Shown here in pieces: positions 17,455-25,337 of a stretch of 31,940 bases of DNA; position 1 is the first letter of the stretch, and each line of letters opens with the position of its first letter. The DNA lies in IMG/VR virus record IMGVR_UViG_3300042997_001098, positions 1 through 31,940 of that record. One strand, 5' to 3'. This stretch comes from a virus. Its lineage: Duplodnaviria > Caudoviricetes. The notes beneath the pieces are model-generated. The model did no database searches, was not told the DNA's origin, and worked only from the letters and a program-made list of their open reading frames with translations. A program made the translations under genes and the position numbers.

Positions 17455-17790
17455 TTACGCAGTCTCCGATTCAATGGAATAGTCCTCAACAACAACAGGT
17501 TCAGCATCCAAATCTTTCAGGGATGTAATTTGATCCGGTGTAATGCCACGATCCGTCCAGTATTGCATGACCTCAGCAGGATTCACCAACTGATAGGATA
17601 CAACCTTGCGACCATCTTTTTTGACGCGAATGATAGCTTTGCTTTGAATTTTAATTTCAAGAACATAAGATGAAATCTTATAGGACAATTTTCCCAATGT
17701 TGAATTGAAATAGTCTTTGGTGACAGGTTCACCAGACATTAGAGTAACAAAAACTTTTTCCCAGGCACTTAGGCGGATACGTTTAGTCAT
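17455..17790 (-). CDS. Hypothetical protein (possible winged-HTH)
   Basis: 111-aa ORF directly downstream of a promoter. Confidence 0.7.
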   Translation of the reverse strand: MTKRIRLSAWEKVFVTLMSGEPVTKDYFNSTLGKLSYKISSYVLEIKIQSKAIIRVKKDGRKVVSYQLVNPAEVMQYWTDRGITPDQITSLKDLDAEPVVVEDYSIESETA

Positions 17791-17817
17791 AAAACACTTT
17801 CATAATAAGATGGAATA

Positions 17818-17846
17818 AGTATAGCACAAGTTGGTAGACTTGTCAA
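17818..17846 (-). promoter_or_regulatory. Sigma70-type early promoter
   Basis: TTGACA-17 nt-TATACT with an extended TG. Confidence 0.8.
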
Positions 17847-17851
17847 GGTAA

Positions 17852-18601
17852 TCATGCGGCTTGCAACATGATGGTAGGATACTTAACGAAACCGCTGGTA
17901 TCCTTTTTTGCTTTACCTTTAGCGTAGAGTCCAACGACAACACCACGTGGATCAAGGAAACGCAAATCGGATTCATCACCATTGAACACTGGGCGACCCA
18001 AGTATTGTTCAGGCATTGGCAAGGTTTTCTTAATACCAAAAACAACAGCAACATTCAAGCCTTCAGCCATTGCACGAATAACGTCCATATCGTTACCGTC
18101 AGCGGCGGAGAATGTCAATTGGTAGTTGGTAATATCTTTGACTTTACGACCCAAGATTTTGGTGTAATCGTAAAATTGGACTTCAGGAAAAGCGGCAAAA
18201 ACGTTACGGAACAATTGACCGTTACGAACCACCTCATATTTCTCAAACGACAAGTCGGAAGTACCATTCAAGCGGAACACAGGTGTCAAACCCAGGCGGG
18301 CACTTTGCTTGATAGCCAATTCCATATCTTTGACCAGAAGTGTCATAAACTCGGTACGGTTCTCAAAGAACATACGGGTTTTACGTTTCCGCGCCTCTTG
18401 GATAACGTTAGTTGATTCACCACGCTTGAACATACCGCCGCGACCAGCGAGATTCAAACATGCATCGGTACATCCGACGGTGCGCTTTGGGCAGGTCTCA
18501 TAGCCAGACACATTAGCTGGAGCCAAGTGTAAGATATAAGTATTAAAACCCTGTGCCATACCTTTGAGTACTTTAGGATTACCAGTGGAGAGCAATTTCA
18601 T
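17852..18601 (-). CDS. Gp88-like Cys-cluster phage protein
   Basis: 'CP.....C...CL...GRG', 'RLNGTSD', 'QFYDYTK' and 'GDE.DLRFLDP'. GAGG SD precedes MKLLSTG. Confidence 0.7.
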   Translation of the reverse strand: MKLLSTGNPKVLKGMAQGFNTYILHLAPANVSGYETCPKRTVGCTDACLNLAGRGGMFKRGESTNVIQEARKRKTRMFFENRTEFMTLLVKDMELAIKQSARLGLTPVFRLNGTSDLSFEKYEVVRNGQLFRNVFAAFPEVQFYDYTKILGRKVKDITNYQLTFSAADGNDMDVIRAMAEGLNVAVVFGIKKTLPMPEQYLGRPVFNGDESDLRFLDPRGVVVGLYAKGKAKKDTSGFVKYPTIMLQAA

Positions 18602-18632
18602 AATCAACCTCTTTATCAACAGAACAGACTCT

Positions 18633-18690
18633 ATTATACCAGGTTTTTGGCAAAAGTCAACAATTTTTTGATAAGTTGCTAAAATACAAC
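18633..18690 (-). promoter_or_regulatory. Early promoter with upstream palindrome
   Basis: TTGACT-16 nt-TATAAT (TGGTATAAT). Palindrome GTTGCTAAAATACAAC at 18675-18690. Confidence 0.75.
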
Positions 18691-18746
18691 ACCCTATGGA
18701 ACGGCTTTGGAGAGGGTTTTACGGCTAGGGCATGCTAACCACTCAT

Positions 18747-19100
18747 CTATCGGCGCATAAGCGCCTGGTCCTTCGCATCTTGATCTGAAAATATAGGCAC
18801 AGCATTGCTTTTATGTAAGGTTCCGATGCCTTTCATAGCAGTACCAGTGTAGACCTTGCCATGGACGGGTTTCGTGCAGGCACCACCAGGAGTAACTAAA
18901 GATGGATACTTTGGTGTTACACGTCCGGCTGGTGTTGTCAGAGGCTCAACTGTAGTACTTTTTACTACTTTTGTTGTACCATATTTACGCCCAGATAATC
19001 CGGACATATTATTTACGGAATCGAGCCAAGCCTGATATTCTGCTTTTTGTTTTTGAGTTGGATTTTTCTTTTTACTCTTTTGGTGAGTGAATATCATCAT
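18747..19100 (-). CDS. Conserved T4-like hypothetical protein
   Basis: C-terminal 'YTG..MKGIGTLHKSNAVPIF.......A.MRR' motif. Confidence 0.8.
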   Translation of the reverse strand: MMIFTHQKSKKKNPTQKQKAEYQAWLDSVNNMSGLSGRKYGTTKVVKSTTVEPLTTPAGRVTPKYPSLVTPGGACTKPVHGKVYTGTAMKGIGTLHKSNAVPIFSDQDAKDQALMRR

Positions 19101-19306
19101 ATGATTTTACCAATAGTTTCGTAAATTATTTTGTTCAATTCAGCTTGATAATCTTTACCTAATCTTCGCTTTTCATATAATGTGGTGATCAACTGATTGA
19201 TACCATAATCAGAATTGAATAACCCACGACCAATTGCTTCTTCACGAATGTCATCATCCGAGAAATCATTTAGTTCAACATCAATTTCAATATATGCCAT
19301 AATCAA
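19097..19306 (-). CDS. Hypothetical protein
   Basis: 69-aa ORF, co-oriented and overlapping the next start. Confidence 0.7.
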   Translation of the reverse strand: MIMAYIEIDVELNDFSDDDIREEAIGRGLFNSDYGINQLITTLYEKRRLGKDYQAELNKIIYETIGKII

Positions 19307-19424
19307 TCTCCATTATCATATTCAACTTGCCAGATTTTCCAATCTTTACGACTTATATATTCTATCGGAAGTGAATTGTCAACACAAAACTTCCACGCAT
19401 CAAGATAAAAGAAAAATTCAGCCA

Positions 19425-19622
19425 TTATCGCACCAATTCAGTAACTTTTTTAGTGACAGTTTTATATTCACGAACATCCGTGATATTATAACCATTCAAC
19501 ATAATAGACTCAACGAATGCAAGTGATTCATTTTCCAACTGTTCATCCTCATTGAGCATATTGCGCCACTTCTTGGACATACAATCATCAAGATAATCCA
19601 CCATAAAAGAAAACTGATTCAT
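19425..19622 (-). CDS. Hypothetical protein
   Basis: 65-aa ORF in a tightly packed operon. Confidence 0.65.
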   Translation of the reverse strand: MNQFSFMVDYLDDCMSKKWRNMLNEDEQLENESLAFVESIMLNGYNITDVREYKTVTKKVTELVR

Positions 19623-19624
19623 AA

Positions 19625-19861
19625 TTAACCTTTTAATTTAAACTTATTCAATACCGCACTAGCTTCTGGAAATTCTTCATCATGTTGATTATATGATTCT
19701 TCATATTCCATAGACTCTACCAAAATCTCAGCTTTCGCCGTTCGGAGCAATTCCATTGCATATGCAACATCATCGCCATTCATAACTTGTAAAAAATCTT
19801 TGAGTAATTCCGGTGAAATAGTCATCAGAAAATTCAAATTATCTTTATCCCAATCGTTCAT
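19625..19861 (-). CDS. Hypothetical acidic protein
   Basis: 78-aa ORF with an ATGA overlap. Confidence 0.7.
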   Translation of the reverse strand: MNDWDKDNLNFLMTISPELLKDFLQVMNGDDVAYAMELLRTAKAEILVESMEYEESYNQHDEEFPEASAVLNKFKLKG

Positions 19862-20235
19862 AATTTATCCTTTATAGATTGAATATGCTTACACTTTGCG
19901 GCAAATTTGAAGCCGACACATGTGCATGAATATTGATTCGCGCTTTTTGTTACGGCGTATTTGTCGCCTTTACTACCAACAACATTATAAACATTGACGG
20001 TATCCACTTTACCACTGATAATCTTTATATCAGTAACCCAGGACACAGGAATAATCTTGACAGGATATTCTTTGTCTGTAGTTTCAAGTGAGAATGAATC
20101 CGCTTTGACCCACTTTTGACTTTTTACCACTTTGCCAGTAAGTGTTACCAACTTATATGGCTTTTCGGCAAAATAATAAATGTCACGATAACGGACGGTG
20201 ACAACGACTTGAGAATTTATTGCAGGAATGTTCAT
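19858..20235 (-). CDS. SWIM zinc-finger protein
   Basis: C-terminal 'GSKG..Y.V......SCTC.GF.....CKHI'. Confidence 0.8.
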   Translation of the reverse strand: MNIPAINSQVVVTVRYRDIYYFAEKPYKLVTLTGKVVKSQKWVKADSFSLETTDKEYPVKIIPVSWVTDIKIISGKVDTVNVYNVVGSKGDKYAVTKSANQYSCTCVGFKFAAKCKHIQSIKDKL

Positions 20236-20243
20236 AAGTGTTT

Positions 20244-20294
20244 ATTATAACACAATGAACGTTCCTGTCAAGTAACTTGTTGTATTTTTACAAC
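20244..20294 (-). promoter_or_regulatory. Early promoter with upstream palindrome
   Basis: TTGACA-16 nt-TATAAT. Palindrome GTTGTA-TTTT-TACAAC at 20279-20294. Confidence 0.75.
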
Positions 20295-20462
20295 TCAGTC
20301 ACGCAAAAATTGTCGGTTGTCAGTCTCGCGGATATCTTCCTCAAAATCCTGCATCCTTAGGCGTTCCAGCAGTTTTTTGAGTTCCACAACATCACCTTTG
20401 TCATGTGATATCCTGGATTCGATTTCAACGATCTGTCTTTGTATTTCTTGGCGAATAGACAT
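20295..20462 (-). CDS. Small coiled-coil hypothetical protein (55 aa)
   Basis: Not in the ORF track. MSIRQEIQRQIVEIESRI...RQFLRD. Confidence 0.6.
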   Translation of the reverse strand: MSIRQEIQRQIVEIESRISHDKGDVVELKKLLERLRMQDFEEDIRETDNRQFLRD

Positions 20463-20604
20463 CTTCATCATCCTCTTTCATCAATCGGTAGAATGACCGA
20501 TCATGGTGTTTTTGTTTGTTGGGCTGTTGCTGTTCCCGATTACTCTCATTATGTTTACGAAATTTAGTTTTTGCAACACGTTCTACTTTGATAGCACCGA
20601 TCAT
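20425..20604 (-). CDS. Small basic hypothetical protein (59 aa)
   Basis: Not in the ORF track. MIGAIKVERVAKTKFRKH... with GGAGG upstream. Confidence 0.55.
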   Translation of the reverse strand: MIGAIKVERVAKTKFRKHNESNREQQQPNKQKHHDRSFYRLMKEDDEDVYSPRNTKTDR

Positions 20605-20626
20605 ATCTTGTTTTAGTTAACCTCCA

Positions 20627-21208
20627 TTAGAGAATGTGATCCGCAATTTGTAATTTTACCAATTCATCTGCACTCATCCAAACGTCACTTGGCGATAACA
20701 GTTTGGTTTTTACTTCACGGGCTGAAAGATCGGACGCATCCTGCAAAATGTTTAGCATTCGCTTGTTGGTCAACTCAGCTTCTTTTGTGAATGATTTCAA
20801 ATCGTGATGTTTACCCTCATATGTGTCTGAGTATTGGTGACACATGATACCACAATTTTTAGTGATGTATCTTTGACCCTTTGTGCCGGATGCAAAGATA
20901 AGGAATCCAGCGGACATGATAGCGCCGATTCCGATTGTTTGAATTGGATTTGGACTCAGCCTCATAACGTCAATCAGTGCCAGGGCTTGATACAAATCAC
21001 CGCCGATAGAATTTACGTACAACCTCAGAACAGTTTCTGGTGATGTTGTTCCATTCTGATAGATGATCCACTGGATTGCATTGAGGATATTGTTTTCCTC
21101 AATATCACCAGATAGAAAATGAATGTGATTGTCCAAAAATTCATTTTCTATCCTGTCTTGAACACTGAATAGCAAGTCGCTACCTATTGGTTCAAGTTTT
21201 CGTTTCAT
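20627..21208 (-). CDS. clpP: ClpP-like protease subunit
   Basis: 'LYVNS.GGD', catalytic Ser in 'IMSAG', His in 'IMCHQ', Asp in 'DVWMSA.E'. The start is uncertain. Confidence 0.88.
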   Translation of the reverse strand: MKRKLEPIGSDLLFSVQDRIENEFLDNHIHFLSGDIEENNILNAIQWIIYQNGTTSPETVLRLYVNSIGGDLYQALALIDVMRLSPNPIQTIGIGAIMSAGFLIFASGTKGQRYITKNCGIMCHQYSDTYEGKHHDLKSFTKEAELTNKRMLNILQDASDLSAREVKTKLLSPSDVWMSADELVKLQIADHIL

Positions 21209-21359
21209 GTTTCTCTGCATCGGTTTTCTCTGATTGTTTAGAATCTGGAGATTCATCATCTTTCAAATCTCTACAAAAAATAGCGTCCCAGCGACTATCA
21301 TATTCCGCCTGAGAAACGCTATACGGTCTTGGCTTACTGCCTTTTCCTCCGTCGGACAT
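21192..21359 (-). CDS. Small conserved phage protein (55 aa)
   Basis: Not in the ORF track. MSDGGKGSKPRPYSVSQAEYDSRWDAIF. Confidence 0.7.
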   Translation of the reverse strand: MSDGGKGSKPRPYSVSQAEYDSRWDAIFCRDLKDDESPDSKQSEKTDAEKHETKT

Positions 21360-21794
21360 TTAATCTCCAATCTCAACACCAGGAAACGCTTCCTTGACCA
21401 ACTTTGCAGTTAGAAACGGAACACGCAAATCTTTTTTGATACAACGAACCAGGAGATCAGCCTCATCTTTATGGAGGGCTTCCAACAAAGAAATCAACAA
21501 ACTTTTTTGTTTTTCTGAGCTTAGGCCGAGTGCCCGGCGAGGATGATCCTTAATGAAACGGTAAAGTCTTGACACCTCATTATGCAAATACAGAATGTTT
21601 AGTCCTGCAGGATCAACCGATGGGCGATACTCAGGAATATCAACATCAAATGACACATTCGGATCAAGCGCAATGCACAAAAAGCCAACAAAATTCTTGT
21701 CGGCATGTTTCTGTAAAACTGCAATGCGCGAGGCCTTATTCTCTTGTTTCTCAAAGAGTTCAATTACCTCATGGTACATTAAATTGGATTTCAT
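21360..21794 (-). CDS. Conserved T4-like hypothetical protein adjacent to rnh
   Basis: 'P.YRP', 'L..E...LY.F', 'LLE.LH.DEA.L' and 'LVKEAFP'. Confidence 0.8.
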   Translation of the reverse strand: MKSNLMYHEVIELFEKQENKASRIAVLQKHADKNFVGFLCIALDPNVSFDVDIPEYRPSVDPAGLNILYLHNEVSRLYRFIKDHPRRALGLSSEKQKSLLISLLEALHKDEADLLVRCIKKDLRVPFLTAKLVKEAFPGVEIGD

Positions 21795-21801
21795 ATTTTC
21801 C

Positions 21802-22641
21802 TTAAAATTCATCAATTATCTCAAGTAAATTCTTGAGTCTATTTGCGATCATGTAATTCATAAATTGCTGCCGAGTAGCAGGCTTTGTATCACTATATGT
21901 AGTCAAAATAGAATTTTGAATATTTTCTGGAATAAAAGACAAGTCAATCAGTGTTTGATTTCGGTGCCAGTTTCGTGCCAAAGACTCCGGCATAGTGCCA
22001 CGTGCTTTTTCAATAACATCATTCATGACTTTCTCAGTGATAGCTTTTTGGCGAATGCCATCAGCGAGGCAGTTGTCGGCCGACATGACATTGGGAATGC
22101 CGTCGCCACTATCGCCACGAATGATCAATTCTGTCAACTGGCTGGCGGCATCAGTTGTAGTAATGAATTTCTTCATTGTGGGTGAATACTGTTTGACGTT
22201 TGGATTAGTTTGAAGCTGGACAAAATCTTTGTCACTTGATAGAATCAAGACTTTTTCAGTCTGTGCCATTTTCTGTGTGAGTACACCGATAACGTCATCA
22301 GCTTCGGCACCATCAACATCAAGCACACGGTATGGCGCATGTTGTTTCAATTCTTCACGTACATTTTTCATGCACTCAAAAATGGCAGGCCAATCATGAC
22401 CAGATGAATCACGATTTTTCTTGCGGTTAGCTTTGTATAGTGGGAAGTAATCACGGCGCCAGTATCGCTTGTTATCACATGCAATAACAACTTCGCCATA
22501 TTCACGAAACTTTCGGACGTTAGCACGGATGGTATTCAATACCATGTGACGCACAAGTGACTCTTCTACAGCAGTCTTTGAGGAACCAATCTGTTCCATC
22601 AAGTTGGCGATAATCACCTGGTTGAAATCAAAAATGAGCAT
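21802..22641 (-). CDS. rnh: T4-type RNase H (5'-3' exonuclease)
   Basis: 'D.NQ', 'YWRRD.FP.YKA.R', 'EADD.I', 'ILSSDKDF.QL' and 'GD.GDGIPN'. Confidence 0.95.
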   Translation of the reverse strand: MLIFDFNQVIIANLMEQIGSSKTAVEESLVRHMVLNTIRANVRKFREYGEVVIACDNKRYWRRDYFPLYKANRKKNRDSSGHDWPAIFECMKNVREELKQHAPYRVLDVDGAEADDVIGVLTQKMAQTEKVLILSSDKDFVQLQTNPNVKQYSPTMKKFITTTDAASQLTELIIRGDSGDGIPNVMSADNCLADGIRQKAITEKVMNDVIEKARGTMPESLARNWHRNQTLIDLSFIPENIQNSILTTYSDTKPATRQQFMNYMIANRLKNLLEIIDEF

Positions 22642-23690
22642 TATAATACCTTGAGTAGGATCGTATCTTTATTGATACGACCTGTTAGTGGAGTCTCAGC
22701 AGTAGTGAGTGCTGGAAGAATGTTTCGCAATGCTATCTTACCAGATTTCATCACATTTGTCAATACATCTTTTGGTTTTCTTAGAGTTCGTGCCACAGAT
22801 TTACCTTCATTGAAGTTGGTAAGTGTTGAGCCATTCACACCAAAACCACCGGCATCTTCGGCGTGGTAAACACCAAGTTTTTTATTCTTTGTGTTGTATA
22901 CCCACAACTGTGTTGAACCGATGACTTGTTTTGCAGGAATAGATTCCAATTTGAGTTCATCAAATTTATCAAGATACTGCATTTTGGAAACCAACTGATC
23001 CGCACTTTTCTTCTTACGTGCGCGAGGCTTACGGCTCTCTTTAGCTTCACCAGCAATCTTCAATGCATCCATGATAATTTGATCATAGTATGCGATCACT
23101 TTTTTAAGTTGTGGTTTTGTGAAGTTGGAATAACCTTCTTTGACTTGACTGTCTGTGCTGGTCAATACACTATCAAATTCAATCCGGCGCTTTCGGAATA
23201 TCTCAACCAAACGATGTGCATGAACACCCTTAGCTGTGTCTCTCATTACAGCCAGTGGTGATTTTTGTGTCTTATAACCGCTTACAATATATTCATCCAC
23301 CGCACCGTCAAGTTCGCCAGCAATCTCAGCAACTTTCTCCCGCAGGCGATCCTGGATTGAAAATGTGGGTGTCGCAGGTGCAACAGAATCAATGACGACC
23401 ACTTTTTCTATGGTAAGAATCTGCGGAAGATTTACTCGCAGTGTTTTATTTCCCGACTCACCAACATCATTGCCGTTAGTTGCAAGACGGCACAACCAAC
23501 CCATAGTCAGATAGCTTTTTGATGTATCAAGGCGACCAGTCAGTTTGTGGCGCTTGATATATTCCTCAACAAAACGTTGAGCATCTTTATTTTCAAAATT
23601 TTGGTGATACCAATTTAGCGCATTCACCATGTCCAACTTAGACATTGGACCAACAAATTTAGGTTCTTCAATTTTTGGAAGCCGAGCCAT
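22641..23690 (-). CDS. Conserved T4-like hypothetical protein
   Basis: 'ALNWY', 'EGYS', 'IG...LWVYNTK..KLG.Y', 'TLRKP' and 'GRIN.DTILL'. Confidence 0.85.
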   Translation of the reverse strand: MARLPKIEEPKFVGPMSKLDMVNALNWYHQNFENKDAQRFVEEYIKRHKLTGRLDTSKSYLTMGWLCRLATNGNDVGESGNKTLRVNLPQILTIEKVVVIDSVAPATPTFSIQDRLREKVAEIAGELDGAVDEYIVSGYKTQKSPLAVMRDTAKGVHAHRLVEIFRKRRIEFDSVLTSTDSQVKEGYSNFTKPQLKKVIAYYDQIIMDALKIAGEAKESRKPRARKKKSADQLVSKMQYLDKFDELKLESIPAKQVIGSTQLWVYNTKNKKLGVYHAEDAGGFGVNGSTLTNFNEGKSVARTLRKPKDVLTNVMKSGKIALRNILPALTTAETPLTGRINKDTILLKVL

Positions 23691-23961
23691 TTTTCAAATC
23701 CTCAAATGTATAAAAACGATAATCAGTAAGAACACGGATACCATCGGGCATTTCATTATACGCTTTTGCAACGTTTCTGGCAACAGCCAGAGCTTCACGC
23801 TCAGCCATTACAACCGAGTTGCCAAAACAGGAAACAAAATTATCGCGATGAATATATTTGCGCATGTCAGGCATAAAACCATCAAATAGCGAATCATAAT
23901 CGTCCGATGAAGCAACTCGTGCTCCATCGCTAGTAAGTAAAATATAAACGCCCTGAGGCAT
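23668..23961 (-). CDS. Hypothetical protein
   Basis: 97-aa co-oriented ORF. Confidence 0.7.
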   Translation of the reverse strand: MPQGVYILLTSDGARVASSDDYDSLFDGFMPDMRKYIHRDNFVSCFGNSVVMAEREALAVARNVAKAYNEMPDGIRVLTDYRFYTFEDLKNGSASKN

Positions 23962-23984
23962 AATCAGTCCAATTCATTATTATA

Positions 23985-24395
23985 TTATGAGACAACAAAA
24001 GGCTTATCGTAAGTACCGATATTGATATGAGCATAGTATGCAGTATCAAAATAATCTGACTGAGAATCCGAATTATCGTAATAGTCAGCGGAATACATAG
24101 CTTTTACAATTTTAGACATTAGTTCCAGAGCCTTGCCAGAATAATGATCTTTGAACCAATATGGATTCACTTGATCATATCCATATGTATTTGGTTTGAA
24201 ACCCCTTGCAACTTGATAGAAGTCTTTACCGCAAGTCTCGTTGGAGTTTGCAATAAAATCAACAGGAGCGGACTTGATGGTACAAGTAATGGACAAGTTG
24301 GAGCATTTTAGGGTGTACTTTACGCCACTGCCTTTCAATGCCAAATCCATATTTGCTTTGATTTTAGCCTTGCGTTCTTGGTTCATGTAAGCCAT
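23985..24395 (-). CDS. Conserved early hypothetical protein
   Basis: 'MAYM.QE.KAKI', 'QVN.YW' and 'D.SD...DYF..AYY..INIG'. Strong SD and its own promoter. Confidence 0.8.
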   Translation of the reverse strand: MAYMNQERKAKIKANMDLALKGSGVKYTLKCSNLSITCTIKSAPVDFIANSNETCGKDFYQVARGFKPNTYGYDQVNPYWFKDHYSGKALELMSKIVKAMYSADYYDNSDSQSDYFDTAYYAHINIGTYDKPFVVS

Positions 24396-24427
24396 TTTTC
24401 AGTCCTTTTCTATCAATCTATGGCTCT

Positions 24428-24455
24428 ATTATACCAGGATGTGGTGGAATGTCAA
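24428..24455 (-). promoter_or_regulatory. Early promoter
   Basis: TTGACA-16 nt-TATAAT. Shares CCTGGTATAATAGAG with the promoter at 18629-18643. Confidence 0.8.
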
Positions 24456-24533
24456 TATACAACTTTAGTTCTCACAATTTTTAGTCAAGTATTGTTACCG
24501 ATAAATAGGTAAAAATGACACAAAGGAACGGAC

Positions 24534-24812
24534 ATGGATTTTTTTAGATTAGTTGCAGAGCTAGGATTTCCTATCGCCGCCGCGCTTGCTGGAGGATACT
24601 TTATTTTTCTAACGTTAAAGTTTATTCTAGCAGGAGTTATGGGTTCTGTACAGGGTTTGGCTGGTATAATTACAGCCCTTGATAACCGAGTAAAAACTAT
24701 GAACCATGATGTTATCCGTATTGATACCGTTGTGTCAAATGCGCTTGGTCTAAAGCCAGACGTAAATAGAATTGCTAGAGCAGATGGTAAAAATGATGCA
24801 AGGAGAGACTAA
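24534..24812 (+). CDS. Small membrane protein (GFPI motif, holin/YvrJ-like)
   Basis: N-terminal TM helix plus coiled coil. Late-type ATAAATA at 24501-24507. Confidence 0.7.
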   Translation: MDFFRLVAELGFPIAAALAGGYFIFLTLKFILAGVMGSVQGLAGIITALDNRVKTMNHDVIRIDTVVSNALGLKPDVNRIARADGKNDARRD

Positions 24813-24994
24813 TGTTATTCGCAGATTACTTTTTTGAAACACTACCTGACGGATCAATCCTGATGGACAAAGAGCTTACTGCAAAAAGTTTGCAGGTTGC
24901 AAGCGGCGATCAGTTTATTGTACATGTTAGCTTTGATGGTAGAATCATTCTCCGAAAGGTCGTAAAAGATGGATCCAGTAGAACTGATCAATAA
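24812..24994 (+). CDS. Small hypothetical protein (possible AbrB-like fold)
   Basis: 'L.V..GD.F.V....DGRIILRKV' pattern; translationally coupled. Confidence 0.6.
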   Translation: MLFADYFFETLPDGSILMDKELTAKSLQVASGDQFIVHVSFDGRIILRKVVKDGSSRTDQ

Positions 24995-25337
24995 GTATGG
25001 ATTTCCAATCGTAGCTGCTGGCGGCATGGGCTATATGATATTTTTTGTTTGGACATGGGCGACCAAAGAAGTCAAGCCTGTATTGAGTAACGCAAACACG
25101 GTTCTAATCGCACTGATTGACCGTATTCGTATGTTAGATAATGATTTGATTCGTCTGAATCAAAAGGTTGATGTTGTTCTTCACTTGCGCGGCAAAACAA
25201 TTGAACATGAGCGTGTGATTGCCGAAGAAGAAATCAACAAAAAAATTATGGAAAAAGATACCAAGAAAACGATCACAGCATCAGCGAAAGGCATTGATCA
25301 AGATGATACCAAGACCGCCTCTGCTGGTGAAGGTTGA
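24969..25337 (+). CDS. Small membrane protein, paralog of 24534-24812
   Basis: Shares 'GFPI.AA...GY.IF' and 'AL..R....D.IR' with its paralog. Confidence 0.7.
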   Translation: MDPVELINKYGFPIVAAGGMGYMIFFVWTWATKEVKPVLSNANTVLIALIDRIRMLDNDLIRLNQKVDVVLHLRGKTIEHERVIAEEEINKKIMEKDTKKTITASAKGIDQDDTKTASAGEG

